Of a stretch of DNA of 64,000 nt, positions 26,489 to 52,670 are shown in pieces. The stretch is taken from the NCBI GenBank assembly GCA_964187785.1, contig OZ076409.1, forward strand, positions 63,490,001-63,554,000, in the 5' to 3' direction. The translations under genes and the position numbers were made by a program. The stretch is from Amphiscolops sp. MND2022 (taxonomy: Eukaryota). Each line of letters begins with the position of its first letter. The first letter of the stretch is position 1. The notes under the pieces were generated by a model. That model saw only the letters and a list, made by a program, of their open reading frames with translations. It had not been told where the DNA came from and searched no databases.

Positions 26489-27865
26489 AGGATGAAAAAG
26501 ACTTTTCTCTACAAAAAATATCAGAAAAAAACTAAAATTTGTGATTTTTGTTAATTTGAATTTTGATGGTTTGAAGTTTTACGTACCTTGCATCATCAAA
26601 CAATCATAAAACGGCCAAAATCCTTATTTGGTTCCTTGGTTCTCTGAAGTTTTTAGTTGCATCAATTGTTGAATAGAGATGAAACAAGAAGGAAAGGATG
26701 CCGGAGGTATGATGTTCAAGTTTACCAACGGGCTATTTTTTTGCATAATAGCAAACATACTACAACTCAAATGGAAAGGCATAGAAAGTTCCAAATTCTC
26801 ACAACCTTGTAGTTTTCGTTTACGTCAGAAGCAGTTGATGCATTCCTGATGCAGAAGAAAAGACGAAGATGTTGAAAAAATTGGTTGAGAGTGACACCGA
26901 ATAGGAGATAAACTGTTTTTGAGGACGCAAAGAACTTCAAGCTTTAACTTGAAAAAAAGTCAATTCACGTTGAAAAACGTGGCACCAACAGGTAAACACG
27001 CCACATTCTAAAAGTCAACTTGCTTCACCGAAGAGTTCAGATACTAAGAGAGTGAATTTGAAGACACCGAAAAGTAGTTCAAAGCATTTCAAACAAAACT
27101 TTGTCTGACAAAGCGGGAAAATGTCAAAGGAATCCTTTCGAGCTTCTTTGTTTTCTTGACTGCTAAAAAGCTGTCATGATGTTCATCATGTACGTCTACA
27201 CAAAAATTCTAAGTTCTGGACACCCCTGGCAGATGTGGACCAATGAGAAACAACACACAATCACAGTGCAGCACGTGGACTTTGAGTGAGCTTCAGAAGC
27301 AGTGATGTTTAGACGACTATAAGAGACTGATGTACACATCTTCGACCATCACAAACACATTATTTCAGAAGAAGGCCTCTGCGGGGCTCGAAAAAAACTT
27401 CATTGCTCAATAAAAAAAATTATTTGAAATTTTGGAAATTATTTCTAGCTAACAACTTTTCACTATAGCACTTTAAATCGCCTTTCATTCTTCTTGGATT
27501 AAAACGTTTGTTACTTGAAAAAAGGATAACAACTAAAAAGTGTTTATGCCGTTTCGCATTCGCATTTGAATGCATTTCAAAAAGGCGCTGCCTCGCTACT
27601 GCGAAAGTTGAATAAGCCAGATAAAGACTTGAAGTAGCGCTGCTTCAAAACTATCAACATTGGTGATCAAAGCGGGTTGTTAGAAGTCTGGAAAAATGCT
27701 TCTATAACTATTCAGCTTCGACAGAAACTTCGAAAAACTATGAAATCCTGGGCATTGAGTAAAGTTTCCTTGTTTTTAGTCGGTGCTTTCTTATATAAAA
27801 GAGTCCACTATAATCATATAGTTCTACATGTTCTTCAATTATAGCAAAGTTTTATACCTTCTCAC

Positions 27866-27940
27866 TGCCACTTGCGCTAGTGGTTAACGCGGATTTCCTG
27901 TCTTGCCGGCAGGAGCACGTGGGTTCGAGTCTCGCACTAA
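27866..27940 (+). repeat. tRNA-derived A/B-box sequence within a dispersed repeat
   Basis: gcgctagtggttaacgcg ... gggttcgagtctcgc. Confidence 0.5.
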
Positions 27941-28939
27941 ACCAAAAACTTTTTATGTCTGCGAAAGTAAGGGGAGACTAAAAGGTCCCCCTTTTAGATT
28001 TTTCTCGGAACTATGCGAATTTTTTCAGAACTTACTTACACTTTTACGTTTTTTGAGGTTTTCTGAAAGGATAACACTTTTCGGAGTCCAAAGGGTGTCC
28101 GCATTGATTACCTTTTGGTCCTGTGGAACGATGAGAGTGTCCTCAAAAATTTGGAAATGACTTACGGTGTTTTTTTGGAAAACTGGGCGTCTTTTTCACA
28201 AAAATTTTCATTTGGCGAAGGTGTACCCTGTTCATTTTTATGAAGAATTTTAGCTTAAAATTGCGTTTTGCTAGCGTAAGGCTCAATTTTGGACACAATG
28301 AGACCTGTTCGACAAAAACGTTCGAAATGAGAGCGACATGTGCGGTAAAGGAGTCGGCAATGAAGTACAATATCGAAAAAACACGTACTTTATTGTCGCA
28401 AGAATTTTTGCACTAATTTTGGGTATATTTCTCAGATCCCAGTCTTCCAATTTTGATGTCATTGCATACATTGGACCCTAATATGGTGGCCGATTTTTAT
28501 TTCTTTGCGATGTTTCTCAGACCCCAGTCATACGATTTTGTGTGAAATGTGTAACCCTTGGGTGTAAAATGACTTCGCTAAATTTTATAACTATATGGAG
28601 TTTTTGAGAAATTTTAAATTTTAGTTGAAAGGTCAGAGTAAAGGTACAGTGCATAAGTGGTCGAATTTTCCCGACTCTTAAAAATAATCGTCAAAAATGT
28701 CTTTTTCTGCTTTTCGAGGGTTTTCGATACTTATGCGTATCCCTTGGGGGTGTCTCTCGGCACTAAAAACTTAATAAAATCAAGAATAGTGTCCTTTGCA
28801 TATTTAAGAAACTCGGTTTAGTCGTAGAAACCGAAGACTATAGAACTGGCTTTTCTTTTCTTAAAGACCAACGAGGTGACAGATTTTACAAGCTTTATAA
28901 GCTTCCACTAACTGTCACACTAAACTTGCAACTTCTACT

Positions 28940-29437
28940 GCCACTTGGCATAGAGGTTAATCAGGATTTTTTGAGGCCTGGAAAGCAGATGGACGTGGGT
29001 TCGAGTCTTGCCCTTGACCAAATATTTTTGCATGTTATTTCTGACTTTTTTCTCAATTTTTTTAATGTCTCCAAAGGGCCCCTTCAATTTTTGATATTTT
29101 GCAACAGAATGGATGTTCAAGAAATCCCAGAAAGAAGGGTCCCCCTTTCATATTTTTTCTGCACTATGCGACTTACCGGAGACTTCAAAAAATCAAAACG
29201 TTCGGAATTTTTTTTGAGAGGTTTTGTTGTCTCCAGTTGTGGAAAAAAATGGCTTCCGAGTGGAAAAAAATGTTCTTATCCGTATCCTTTGCGGTATAAT
29301 TTGGCTCTGTAAAATTGATTTTTTTAAAAGTACTTTTGCATATGTTAAAGAACCTTGAGCGGGGCGCCGGTTTGGGCTGTTCCCTGCTTGTTTGGAACTG
29401 GAGCAGGGCGCAGACTTGGGCCGGTCCCGGCTTGTTT
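28940..29437 (+). repeat. HINE-like repeat with tRNA-like A/B boxes; related inverted copy at ~45563-46090
   Basis: tggcatagaggttaat ... gtgggttcgagtc followed by shared body (tgcactatgcgacttac..gagac) and cgccgacttgggcc...cttgtt-type ends. Confidence 0.6.
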
Positions 29438-29962
29438 AATGATGGAATGGCTTGCTGTTAACTAATTTTTCCGCTCTATCCGAATTTTTGACGTTATATC
29501 GGAAATAATTTAAGTCTAAACTTTAGGCCCAAAAGGGCTGTTTTTGGGTTTTATGGGTGTTGTGAAAGAAGATACTAGTCGATTTTTTTCCATCCTTTGA
29601 TTACATGACTGTAGGCCCAATCATGCAGCTTTATCCAAATCTTTACAATTAGTTTCAAGTCTCAATGTCCGTCTATCTTGTCTAGTAAAGTCGATTTATA
29701 TGAGCACCATTTATTTTGCAGATACTTGCCAAATACTCACATTGCCCTCCGCTTGAAAGGCAAAAAAAATCATCCTCGAACCGCACAGATATGAAAGAAA
29801 TATCACAAATTAATTTCAAATTCGAAGTAAACAAAATAGAAAAGCATACAAAATATAATAAATCAGAACCTAATCGTAGTGTAAAAAAAAACAAAAATTG
29901 CAAAATCTCAATTCAGATAATTTAAAACAAATGTTTCAAAGTTCAAAAAACGAGCAAAATTT

Positions 29963-32900
29963 TTATCTTCTGGATTCAATCCAATCAATCAAATCAGGTG
30001 ATTGACTTCTAGATTCTTCGTCACAAAAAGCTTCATCTTCTGATCGATTATTGCCACATCCATTTAATGGTGGATTCTCGCTTTGATGCCAATTGTCAAA
30101 ATTTTTCAACTTTTTAATTTCGGGGGACACAGAAAATGACAAATCCACAGAACTATCGTCACCTTCGTTTTCAGATGGTGAAGAACATAAAACCGTTTTT
30201 CGTTGGGAGGACGGATTTTGTTTTTTGGAAGAACGAATTATGCTTTCAATTTTCAAATTCTCTGCATCGTCTTCTTCGTTTTCGGATGATGAGCAAATAA
30301 TTGTTTTTCGGTATGATGACCGCTTCCGTTTCTCTGAAGAACGAAGTATGTTTTCTATTTCAGAATTTTCTTTTTCCTCATCGGTAATAACCACGTCATT
30401 GAGCCCATCAGAAACGCCTGGTATAGTTCCTTGATTTAGGTGATATTTTTTCTGATTCTCTGAAGTTAGATTGTCATTTCGTGAAGTATTAGATGAAGGA
30501 ACCCTAAACACTTGGGATGGTGCTTTAGACGATGATTCTTCGAGTACGCCGTTACGATTTTCACCGTCATGAACGTCAACAGTAGATTCGTTTATTGGTT
30601 CAACCACTCGAGTGGGTACAATTCTTCTGGATGTAATCAATTTTTCTTTCAATTTGAAACTTTTCAAATGTTCATCAGTCAGAAATCCATTTTCATCAAC
30701 CTGGTCCTCTTTGCCGTCGTTCCAACAGTTGCACGAAGGTGGGCACACAATTTCCCTCGTTTCTTTCATACCTATTGAATCTCGGAAAGTCGACTGTTTC
30801 GATTTTTTCCGACTCTGATTATCCGCAATTGCTATATCTGGGTATATTCTCAAGTCAAAATTCATTTTGTTGTTGGATGCACCAGTTGGTATTTGTTTCT
30901 GCCTTTTCAGTTTGGCATAAAAACATGAGTAATCTTTTGCTTTTTTATTGTTCATTTTGTGCACCAACTCAGGTTCGAAGAGTTCCCGACATAAATTTGA
31001 AGATTGTTTTTGTGTAGAGGTGTGAAAATCTCTGTCATGATCTGAGAAGATGCTGCTCCTTGTTCCAAGAGCCGAATCTTCGCTGAATGAGGTCGACGAA
31101 GCTGGATTTAAAGATGCATGAGAAAGATTCGAAGAAAAGGAACGCAATTCACAAGCTGCTTTTTCGGTTGATATCTTCTTAGCTGACCGCTGATTTGCCC
31201 TTACCTGTGTCAAATTCGCAATCGCATGTGGCATTTTAGGCAAGTATTTCTCCACAGTTTTGGGAAGCGGTTTTAACGATGCCACGAACACGGGATCTGT
31301 TTTCGGTAAAATTGGGCGGAGTTTACTGAATGTGGAACCAACGGTTGTATTAAGTTCATCTGAAATAGTATTCGACGTTGAATTCAAAACACTTGATTCA
31401 GTGATACTTTCATTCTGCTGTTTACTCGAATATCCAACATGTTTCAAGGTCAAAATAGCGTTGACCATTGGCATGGCCGTATTTTTTTGTCGGCAATTGC
31501 AGCAAAAACATTTGCCATTAACACTCGCCCAATTGCTTTTCATTGTGAAACTACATAAAGACGCAGCCGAGCCCTTAGATGGTTTTGGGGTTGAACAAGT
31601 GTAGCTACTGTAACACGAAGAGCCACCTGCGCAGTTTGAAACATGATCGGACATCCTCAGAGGCTGTCTCAAAGGACGATAAACTGGACTGACATATTCT
31701 GGGCTTTCTAGTTGTTGCGTGTTTTGTTGCAGCGAAGCAATTTGACAGTTGTTTGTAAATTGAGACAGGTTTTTTTGGCTCACAAGAAACTTGGTTGAGT
31801 TAGACATCCCAACCGATTTTACACTTTTCTCATTCATTCTTGGTCTCCCTTTTCTTTTTGTTTCCACTTTCCTGTCGCTAGCCTTCGAAGAAGTTACAGT
31901 TTTTTCGGATTTTTTTGAAATGGCAGATTTATCACCGGTGTGATTTTGTGAAGTTGTCGTGGAATTTACATTAATGATTTCTGAACTATTGCTTGAAGTT
32001 TGTTGGCCATCGTTGTCAGCAAACAGGTGAGGGTATGCTTCTAGCAATGTCACGTAACCCTCTTTTGGAGTTGCCCCTGAAAGTAATGCGTTCAACAGCA
32101 ATCCAGCTACCTAAATTTCCACCCATAATGAGTGGTGTATTCAGTGTATTCATGATGTAATTAGGGTTGTTAGATTTAAATCAATTGATTGATATCATTG
32201 ATTTAAATCATGATATAAATCAAAGCTGTGCGTGAATAAATCCGATTTAAATCAAGTGTTTTAATTGACAAATAGAAAGTCAGCAAATATCACATGCATC
32301 ATTTCACACATAGCATTGTTAAAATTCCTTGTTTCAAATCAAAAATATGTCAACTTTACTTGAAAGAGGGAAGTTGATAATTGTTATAATTTATATATTA
32401 TGTTTATGCTATTAGCATATATTTTACCTTCTATATCATACGTATCATTTCAGATTGAAATGTCAGGACGAAAACAAGACAGTATTTGGAAAAATTTCGA
32501 ACGTCGAAAAAAGGTATATTCAAGTTTTTGAGCAGCTTTTCAAGTGAATTTATATTAATTGAAACCAAATTCGCTAATTAATTGTTTGCTTAACAAATTG
32601 CATTTCAGGAGAACAATAAAGGATTTTGGGCTATTTGTAACCACTGCCAACACGAACTGCAGGGAATTCCTCAGCGATTGAAGGCGCATTTGGACAAATG
32701 CCATGAAAAAGATGATTGTGTCGAAGAAATTCGAACACATTCACTCAGCAGCTTTACTGTTTCCAACTTCAATGACTTCGGATCCCCAATGACTTCAGAG
32801 AATTTGAATCAAACATGTGAAACTCCCAGACCAGCGAAAGTTAGCAGATTGATGACCGATTTCGTGAGCGTTAGTCGTACTACAACCTGTGAGAAACAAA

Positions 32901-35815
32901 AGTTGGACATAAAGGTCGCAAAATAATTTTACGCAACTAACACTCCATTTTCACACGTGGACCACACTTCATTCATAGAATTGTACTCCACGCTTCGACC
33001 TAGCTATAGGCCATCCTCAAGGCATCAAATTGGAGGCGATTTGCTCAACGCTGTGAATGAAGAATTGAATCTTCTTGCGAAGGATTTGAATATGCCAGCG
33101 ATTGTTTCCAAGATAGTCGAAGTCAACAAGTACTTTCGAAACCACAAAAACCCTGGCTCAAGGAAAAGGGCGCTAAAAATACAATTGCCATCAGATGTGC
33201 GCTGGTACAGCATAGTACAGACCCTAACCTATTTAGAAGCATGGGCAGATCTTTTGAATATTGTCGATGGTCACCGAGATGAAATTCCGAATGATATCAA
33301 AAGGCATGTTTCAGATTTCAATTTGAAACGAAACGTTGAAGATCTGGCTGTTATTATGAGAGCAATTGCTAAAGCCATTGGAGTGATGGAATCATCAAAA
33401 TGTAATTTGGCAATGGCCGTTAGTATCTGGCATGATCTTACAGCCGAATTGAACGAAGTTGTGCCAACAAATATGCAAATGAACATCGCGAAGCGCAAAC
33501 AACAGTCCCTGTCAAGTGTTCATTACCTCTGCTTCCTTCTCGATCCTCAATTTGTCAGCATGGATATTCTGATGCAAGATGAGAAAAATATGGCATTTGA
33601 GCTTGCTCGAGAATTGCATCCCGATATGCTGGCGACGATAATGCAATTCAAGGTTCAAGAAGGACCCTTCAACGCCCATTATTTTGAAGCAGCATCTTCG
33701 ATATCGCCAGCAGCTTGGTGGAAGCTGATACCAATTGATCCAGATTTGAGTGAAATTATCCGAAGGATTATTGCATGTTCCCCATCAACAGCTCCTCTAG
33801 AGCGTCTTTTTTCAAGTTTTGGCATGATCCATACAAATGTGAGAAATCGACTGGGCGTCGAAAAGGCTAGAAAACTCGTTTTCTGTTTCAAAGTTTTAAA
33901 TTTGTAACTTTCGTTGCAATTTAATCTTGCAAACAACGCACTTTCTTCAACAAAATCAAAAAAATCAGTCATTTTTGATGTAAATCGGATTTAAATAAAA
34001 AAAATCGGATTTTTTTGATTTTTTTTAAAAAATCCGATTTTTTTTACAACCCTAGATGTAATATTACCCTAAATACATCTATGCGACAAAAAGTTGCAGA
34101 AAGGAAGCATGCGAAACAAAAAGCTCTAGAGGGTACAAATAAAATCTCACGAGAAACACATACAGTGAGGGTATCGAACCATTTGAACAAAACGTGATAG
34201 CTTGAAATCTAACATTGAGTTCGGTCATCACCGCTGACCAATGGGCTCAAAGGACGTTGAGCAGGGGGAGACGGTAACTTCTTAGGCCGCCTATTTCTTC
34301 GCTTCTGTGTTCCTGAAAGCCACAAACATTCTCATAGCAGGATTTCTAAAAAATATATTGCAATACAAGCTATTTCGGAGATTATGAAGAAAATGTCTTC
34401 ACAAAAAATTTTCGTTCAATTTTCAGTCAATTTTCAGTGAATTTATGCTCACTCATTTCTGATCTTGGAATAACTTTCGCGAAAACAGCCTGAGCTTCAA
34501 CTAATCAATCGATAATCAGTCAGCTAAAAGTTACCTGAAGTTTTTGTTGCTGCATCAGAAACATTTTCCACCGGCTCGTTCTCAATCACAGAACGGCCCA
34601 GGACTGTTTCTGTGCTGTTTAATTTGTTCGCAACAAGCCGAGCTTCGTCTGTCTTGGCGGACTTCGAAAAACTTTCTTGAACGTCTGGAAAATGGATAGA
34701 ATTTGATAACGGCGACGTAACAGTCGTATACCAATGTTCATTCTGGTAAAGTTGATAAACTCACCAAACGTTTCATCGTTTAGAAATACTGCGAGGTCTC
34801 CCAACAAAGCATCTAGATCTTCTTCAGGAATCTAGAAAAAAATTAAACCAGCTGCCAAAAAATCTGGAACTACAGTATTTAAAACAATAATTTTCCATGA
34901 AACTGGAAGAGCCTTAGACCCTGACTGAATATTACTCACATTAACATTAACTGATGACTCCTCCGGTGACTTTTGAGTCCTTTGCATTTGGTATTGGGAG
35001 TTGACATTCTCTTTAGGTGCCTCCTCAGAAGTGTTTATCCTGAACAGAGAAAGATGATAACAGAAAACTTCAAAACAAAAATGAAAATTGATATAGGAGC
35101 CTATTACAGTGAGTAATGATGTTCTCATACCTAATTTCGGCTGATCAAAAAGATTGTTCATTTGCTATAATACAATAACATACAATAATTGAGATTGTTA
35201 GATTGCGTATTCCCAAAACACTATTTTAGTTTTGGATGAGATTTCGATGAACTAAGAAAGTGCGTTCTGCGTTCAATTTTCGAAATTTAGCACAAAGAAA
35301 CGTTCAGCCAGAACACTCAAAATTTAAGAATTGATTGGGATTCTGTGACTTTTGAATTGATGCTTAACAGAGATTGCAGTTACTTCTAACTCTACGACAC
35401 ACTTAAGGACGGAACAAAATACTGCTGCAATACAATTTTAGAGCCCAGTTACAAGCGAGCAGCTAACTCGAAAATGCACTCGATTCTCATGAATGCATCA
35501 ATATTTACAAAAGTAGCGATATACCATTTCTTATTTTGATTGACTTTCTCGGCTATCGTATTCGCGAAGTCGTGGATTTTGGGATCAACGCCAGATTCAA
35601 GTCTTTCAATCAAATTCGCCGTTCTCCTGAAACAAAAAGTTCATACATTTTCGTGCACAAACTTGATATCATGAATCTGTTTTTTGAGCACAACTAACTT
35701 TAGAAAAAAATTGGGTTGGGTGGACATCTCATCAACATCCCTGGAAAAAAATTGGGACTTCAATACTGTTCGATTGTCTGGGCATCCCGAGAAACATCGG
35801 CAACAATCAAGCGTT
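29963..35815 (-). CDS. Multi-exon gene of unknown function; large Ser/Lys-rich terminal exon 29963-32110; upstream exons ~35699-35815, 35525-35626, 34940-35039, 34765-34831, 34535-34684, 34214-34312, possibly 34068-34078
   Basis: Open frame of more than 700 codons; upstream GT-AG exons join in consistent phase (FFLKRTANLIERLESG..., IPEEDLDALLGDL..., DVQESFSK..., GTQKRRNRRPKK...); start codon not resolved. Confidence 0.7.
32162..34054 (+). mobile_element. hAT transposon, internally deleted, in last intron of the unknown gene
   Basis: TIR tagggttgt / acaacccta; perfect 8-bp TSD gatgtaat (32154-32161, 34055-34062); spliced BED finger (WKNF...CNHC...HLDKC); hAT dimerization motif WWK...PSTAPLERLFSSFG...RNRL; stop at 32924-32926. 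Confidence 0.95.
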
Positions 35816-36438
35816 CTGGAGGATAGGATCGATAGAAATTAGATCAAAAACTCAGACAGAGGAAAACGTGAGCTCAAGAAAAAGATACAACTAACAAGGG
35901 TGAGCTTTTCATTCAAAAGGAAGGACGGCAAACATTGACAAATTCGAAAAATATTCGATAAAACTGAAGAAACTGGGCTAACCTTTCGGCTAGGAAATCG
36001 CCTCATTCTTGATCATCAATGACTTTACAATGTGATCTGCCAAAGAAAAGACCACTACTTTCTACTCGGCTTTCATCTTCCGTTTTGAAAATTTTAGTTG
36101 CCAACAGGATTAGGTTTGTTTCTAATTGCCACTTGAATGTAAATGTGATTTAACGAATTCATGCACCTCTCATCCTGCTTTGTGAAAATGAGACTGATTA
36201 GTTAACAAGAACTTTTTTATAGAATTTTCGAGCAAAAATGGATGGCAGGCGAGGTCTGCTGCCCCTTTGAGGATCAAAGCCTCTGTGGTGGCAATTTTAA
36301 AACGTGAGTTCAAAAAAATTCTAAAGGAGGCCACCTGGTCTCAGAAAAAAAAAACTTTTTAAAAAACTGAAACCCCGGAAAGAGTGACCCTTTGGTCAAA
36401 AAGTATTGACAATCGAGAAAGTTTCACTTATATCATCC

Positions 36439-37040
36439 GGTGTGCGTTCATTTCACCCCATATCACTTCACCCCACATTCATTTCACCCCACAATCATTT
36501 CACCCCACGTTCATTTCACCTCATTTTCACTTCACACCATATTGTAATTATACAAAAGCGTCTCACCTTAATTAACCAATTAGCAATTAAACTTTGATGC
36601 CTACTGTCTTTGAGTCAGCTTTGATTTGATTGTCAGTTTCTGACCTGTGGGATTTTTTTGCCGTAGAAACACCGAATAAGAAATTTTTCGTTGAAGATTC
36701 GCAACATCCATAATTGTAAATTTTGATTGACAGAAGAAACATGTTTTTTTCAGAACCTTTTTCAGAAGTATTACAATTCCGATAAATGAAACTATTCGGT
36801 TGCAAATTTGTGGTTCACATAGAAATAATCGCTTGCTCATCTAATTGGTAATTAGATTCAAGACGCTTTTTCTATTAGCGCTAAGATTGAAATTGGGTGG
36901 CTTTAGTAATTAATCTGAGACGCATTTGATAATTTAAATGTGGGGTGAAATGAACGTGGGGTGAAATGAATGTGGGGTGAAATGACATGGGGTGAAATGA
37001 TATGGGGTGAAATGAACGTGGGGTGAAATGATACTAAACC
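36439..37040. mobile_element. MITE with 8-bp TSD and inverted arrays of tttcacccca repeats
   Basis: TSD tatcatcc at 36431-36438 and 37041-37048; (catttcacccca)n left and (tggggtgaaatg)n right. Confidence 0.85.
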
Positions 37041-38173
37041 TATCATCCAAACTTTCAACTAAATTCATCGCTACGTGAATAAACGAAAGTAGACCTTTCT
37101 ACTTGGATAAAGAAGAATGGTAGTGAATGATGAATACCTTTTGAATTCACTTTTTTAAAGGTTATGAAGTTATCAGGGAACTATTAGTCAAAAGTCATGC
37201 TCGTTTTTTTTTGGGATTCTCTGCCATATTGACTGCTGGTAGTGTTAGTTGCCTTTTCAAACTGAGGAATGGCATGGCGTGGAGAAAAGTCGTATCGTTG
37301 TTTCGATACTCTGATACTCTTTTAGTTTACACAAAAAGTCAGAATATTTGGAAATTGGTTTTTTCTAAGCTCATCAACACTGCCTGTCTCCAAAATCTGT
37401 TTTTATCAAACTTTTTACAACCTCCATAAGTGTAACAAACCGCGAACGACCCAAGTCGGTGTCCCTCACTTAAGACTTCAAAAGCACCAAACGTTCTTCA
37501 AATTCGAGAAGTACATAATTAGAGAACATTTTAAAGAGAACCTAACACATCAAAAGAAAACTTTCTTCGCATTTTTCGCTTTTAAAACGTAGTAAATTAT
37601 CAAAGTGTTGAAAAAGGAGCTTCATTCAAAAACCTGATACTTCATAATGCTGAAAATCCACAAAGACTTGGATTTCCACAAATCTCTCTAAAGTACTCAG
37701 GTAAAAAAGAGTGCTTTGCATGCTGTAAGTCCAAGTTAGTAAAAGTCGGTAAAAAGTCCTGTGATATAGAGATCAGAAGTTTTGAGGACGCGGAACAGGA
37801 CATGATTGGCAGAAACGGATGGGGAAATACTGGCTGAAAAAATTCTATTCAAAATTAAACCGAAAACAAGGATTGATTTTTCGGAACTGATAAAGTTGGA
37901 AATTTTATCAGAAATATCGTTGAAATAACCGAAAATGGAGATTCCGACTGATATTTTTCCAATTCATTGGCACAACTCAATTGAAAACCAACTCCGAGTG
38001 AAAAGTTAAATTGAACAAAATTCAATTAATTCAAATAAAGTGAAATATAGCATCAGTTACTGACGGGAAACATTTCATCCCTTTTGTTGTGTCCTGTTTG
38101 TCCAGTTATCCTGACTTGATTAGAAGAGTCTCTCAGCCGGCCAATCAAAAGGGACCACGGCGGCACAGTGACG

Positions 38174-50196
<12,023 letters not shown>

Positions 50197-50609
50197 TCAA
50201 AAAGCGCAAAGTTTTTAAAATTGTAAAAGGGGGACCCTTTGGGCTTTTCGAAAGTCCAGTTTGTTGCCAAATATCAAAAAAAATGAAGGGGAATCCCTTT
50301 GCAGACATTTTCGAAAAAAAGATTTTCGAAAAAAATTGCACAGCGCCGAAAAAATTCCAATAGGGGACCTTATAGTCTCGTCCGGTTTTGTATCTTACGT
50401 TAAAAAAGTAGAAAATGAAAGGGGATCCGGGCTTTATTTCGTCACTGCATTCGGGGGATCCGTCACTGTATGCGGGCTTCTTTCCTTCAAGGAAAACGCT
50501 GACTTAAAATAGACTTGAAGCCTCACAGTAGTTGGTTATTATATCTAACAAATCGATGGGGGGGGGTTAGTTTGACAAAACAAAATTTCATTTCTACCAA
50601 AGACTATGA

Positions 50610-50680
50610 GTCCCTCCCGGGACTCGAACCTCGCCGGTTGAGATGATGGACCAGCGACCTATCCACTATGCCACGAAACC
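50610..50680 (-). repeat. tRNA-derived A/B-box sequence
   Basis: Minus strand gtggcatagtggatagg ... ggttcgagtcccggga. Confidence 0.5.
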
Positions 50681-52261
50681 ATCTCAACCAAGTATATTCT
50701 ATATAAACCCAATAAATACCCAGTGAGCACAACACCCCCCCCCTCCACATGCAAAAATTGAAAAATTTTGAAGATCCTAAAAAAAACAGGAAAAGATGTT
50801 GTACAATCAAAAATGAAAAAAAATGCATCGTTGACATCAGAAAACGAAAAAAAATTGTCAAAAATGTAGACAACACCCCCCCCCCCTCTCCCACACTCTT
50901 CATGTTAAAAAATCGAAAAATTATTTTTTTTCAAAAAAAAACAGAAATGGTGGGGAATATCCCCAAATGTGATGAAAGGCATCGTTGGCGTCAGAAACCC
51001 GAAAAAAATGTCAAAAACGTAAACACACCCCCCTCCATCTATACCCTACATGTTAAAAATCGAAAAATTTAAACTTTTTCAAATATCCCAGAAATGGTGT
51101 GAAACATTCAAAAATCTTGCTAAAAGCGTCGCAATCATCAATAATGAGGGCAAAAGGTCCCAGTAAGCAATTCCTCAGGACATGTAAAATCTCAAAAACG
51201 AATAAAAACGGAAAACGGAACTTGCTTCAACTTCCAAGTTCCAGAGTTTTGCCGGTGGAAGATTTTGACCGTGGAAGACAACTAAAACCAAACTATTAGA
51301 AATGTTCTTTCTGTAAACCTCATTCCAACGGCAGTCATTCATGGGAAATGAGAAACCCAAATTCAAGAGTGTCCATGACTGACTTGTAAAGTCATTTAAT
51401 TCCGCTGGTTGAACAGCTATGAATGGATTCTAAGCCGCATTATGCAGTTTGATACGAAGCAAATTATTCATTTTACAGAAATCCGTGTAACTAAAGTCAT
51501 TGCTGCCAGTGGTTATGCTAAACGAGGATAAAAAGGACTATATACCAGCAAAGCCGGTAAAAGCAAGGCTCATGCTTCCTAACTCCAATTGAGCCTCATA
51601 TTATCTGCTAATCAGTGACAAATATATCATACACCTTCTGATCGTAATAATAAAAGTCTTAAAAATTGAAGATCTTACTACGAAGCTCCTTTCAGCGAAG
51701 GGTTATTGAACTTTAGAAGCCAAGCATTTCATTTGTCTCGTTTTAGACTGTAAACGAGACATTATTGTGTCCATCAAGGAAGAAGTTACCAGTCGGCTCT
51801 CTACCAGTAATTTTCACCTCAATTTCCAGGCTTTAAGTATTGCAATGAATTAAAACAAAATATCAAAGGTATCCCCTATGAAATCATCAATCACCGAGTT
51901 TTAGGTTTTCAAGAGAAACAGTTTACGCTATAAAAACTTCAAACCCTTGTCCTGCTTCTCATCTCAATTCTTGGGTATCGTGTGGCAGTTTACATCCATT
52001 GCGCCAATTTTAGTACTGGATTTCTAAGCAAAAAGTAAAACAGATAGTAGTCAATTAGACTTAGATCAAATTACCCCCAGGTCATATCATGTAAATCAAT
52101 CGAAGATAAATCAAGTTACTTGTTTTCTGATCTTTGAAAAAGCTGTATCGATACTTTCCCAAAATCAAATGGCCTGTACAGTCCTGCAATGTTTTCGCCT
52201 AACTGGAGAATAAATTCCATATGCCAAGGGACACTAGGTTTCATTGTGTTCAAATTCTTAG

Positions 52262-52670
52262 CTACTTTAGACCTATTGTATGGTCTTGTATATTGAAAGT
52301 TAGATTGAATATGAGGCCTATTCAAATGTGTTCATCGTATGTTACCTACTTTAGACCTTTAGTATGTTACTGTAAGATGAAAGATAGATCAAATACAAGG
52401 CCTATACAATTGTGTTCATGGAATCTTACCTACTTTAGACCTATAGCACGGTACTGTATAGAGATAGGTCGAATACAGGTCCTATACGACCGTGTCCATC
52501 GAATATTAACTACTTTAGACGTATAATATGGAACTGTATGATGAAAGATAGATCAAATATGAGGCCTATACAAATGTGTTCATCACGTCTTAGCTACTTT
52601 AGACCTATAGTACGATTCTGTATTTTGAAAGATATATCGAGTATAGATCCTTTACGACCGTGTTTATCGA
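52262..52670. repeat. Diverged tandem repeat, ~83-bp unit x5
   Basis: ctactttagac recurs near 52262, 52347, 52430, 52510, 52594. Confidence 0.85.

Noticed and set aside
26146..26535. 129-aa ORF
   Set aside because: Artefact of translating across the N gap
51200..52240. Possible decayed gene or Miro exon 1 (KSSTGKTL on the minus strand)
   Set aside because: Does not match the Miro P-loop context; all frames broken
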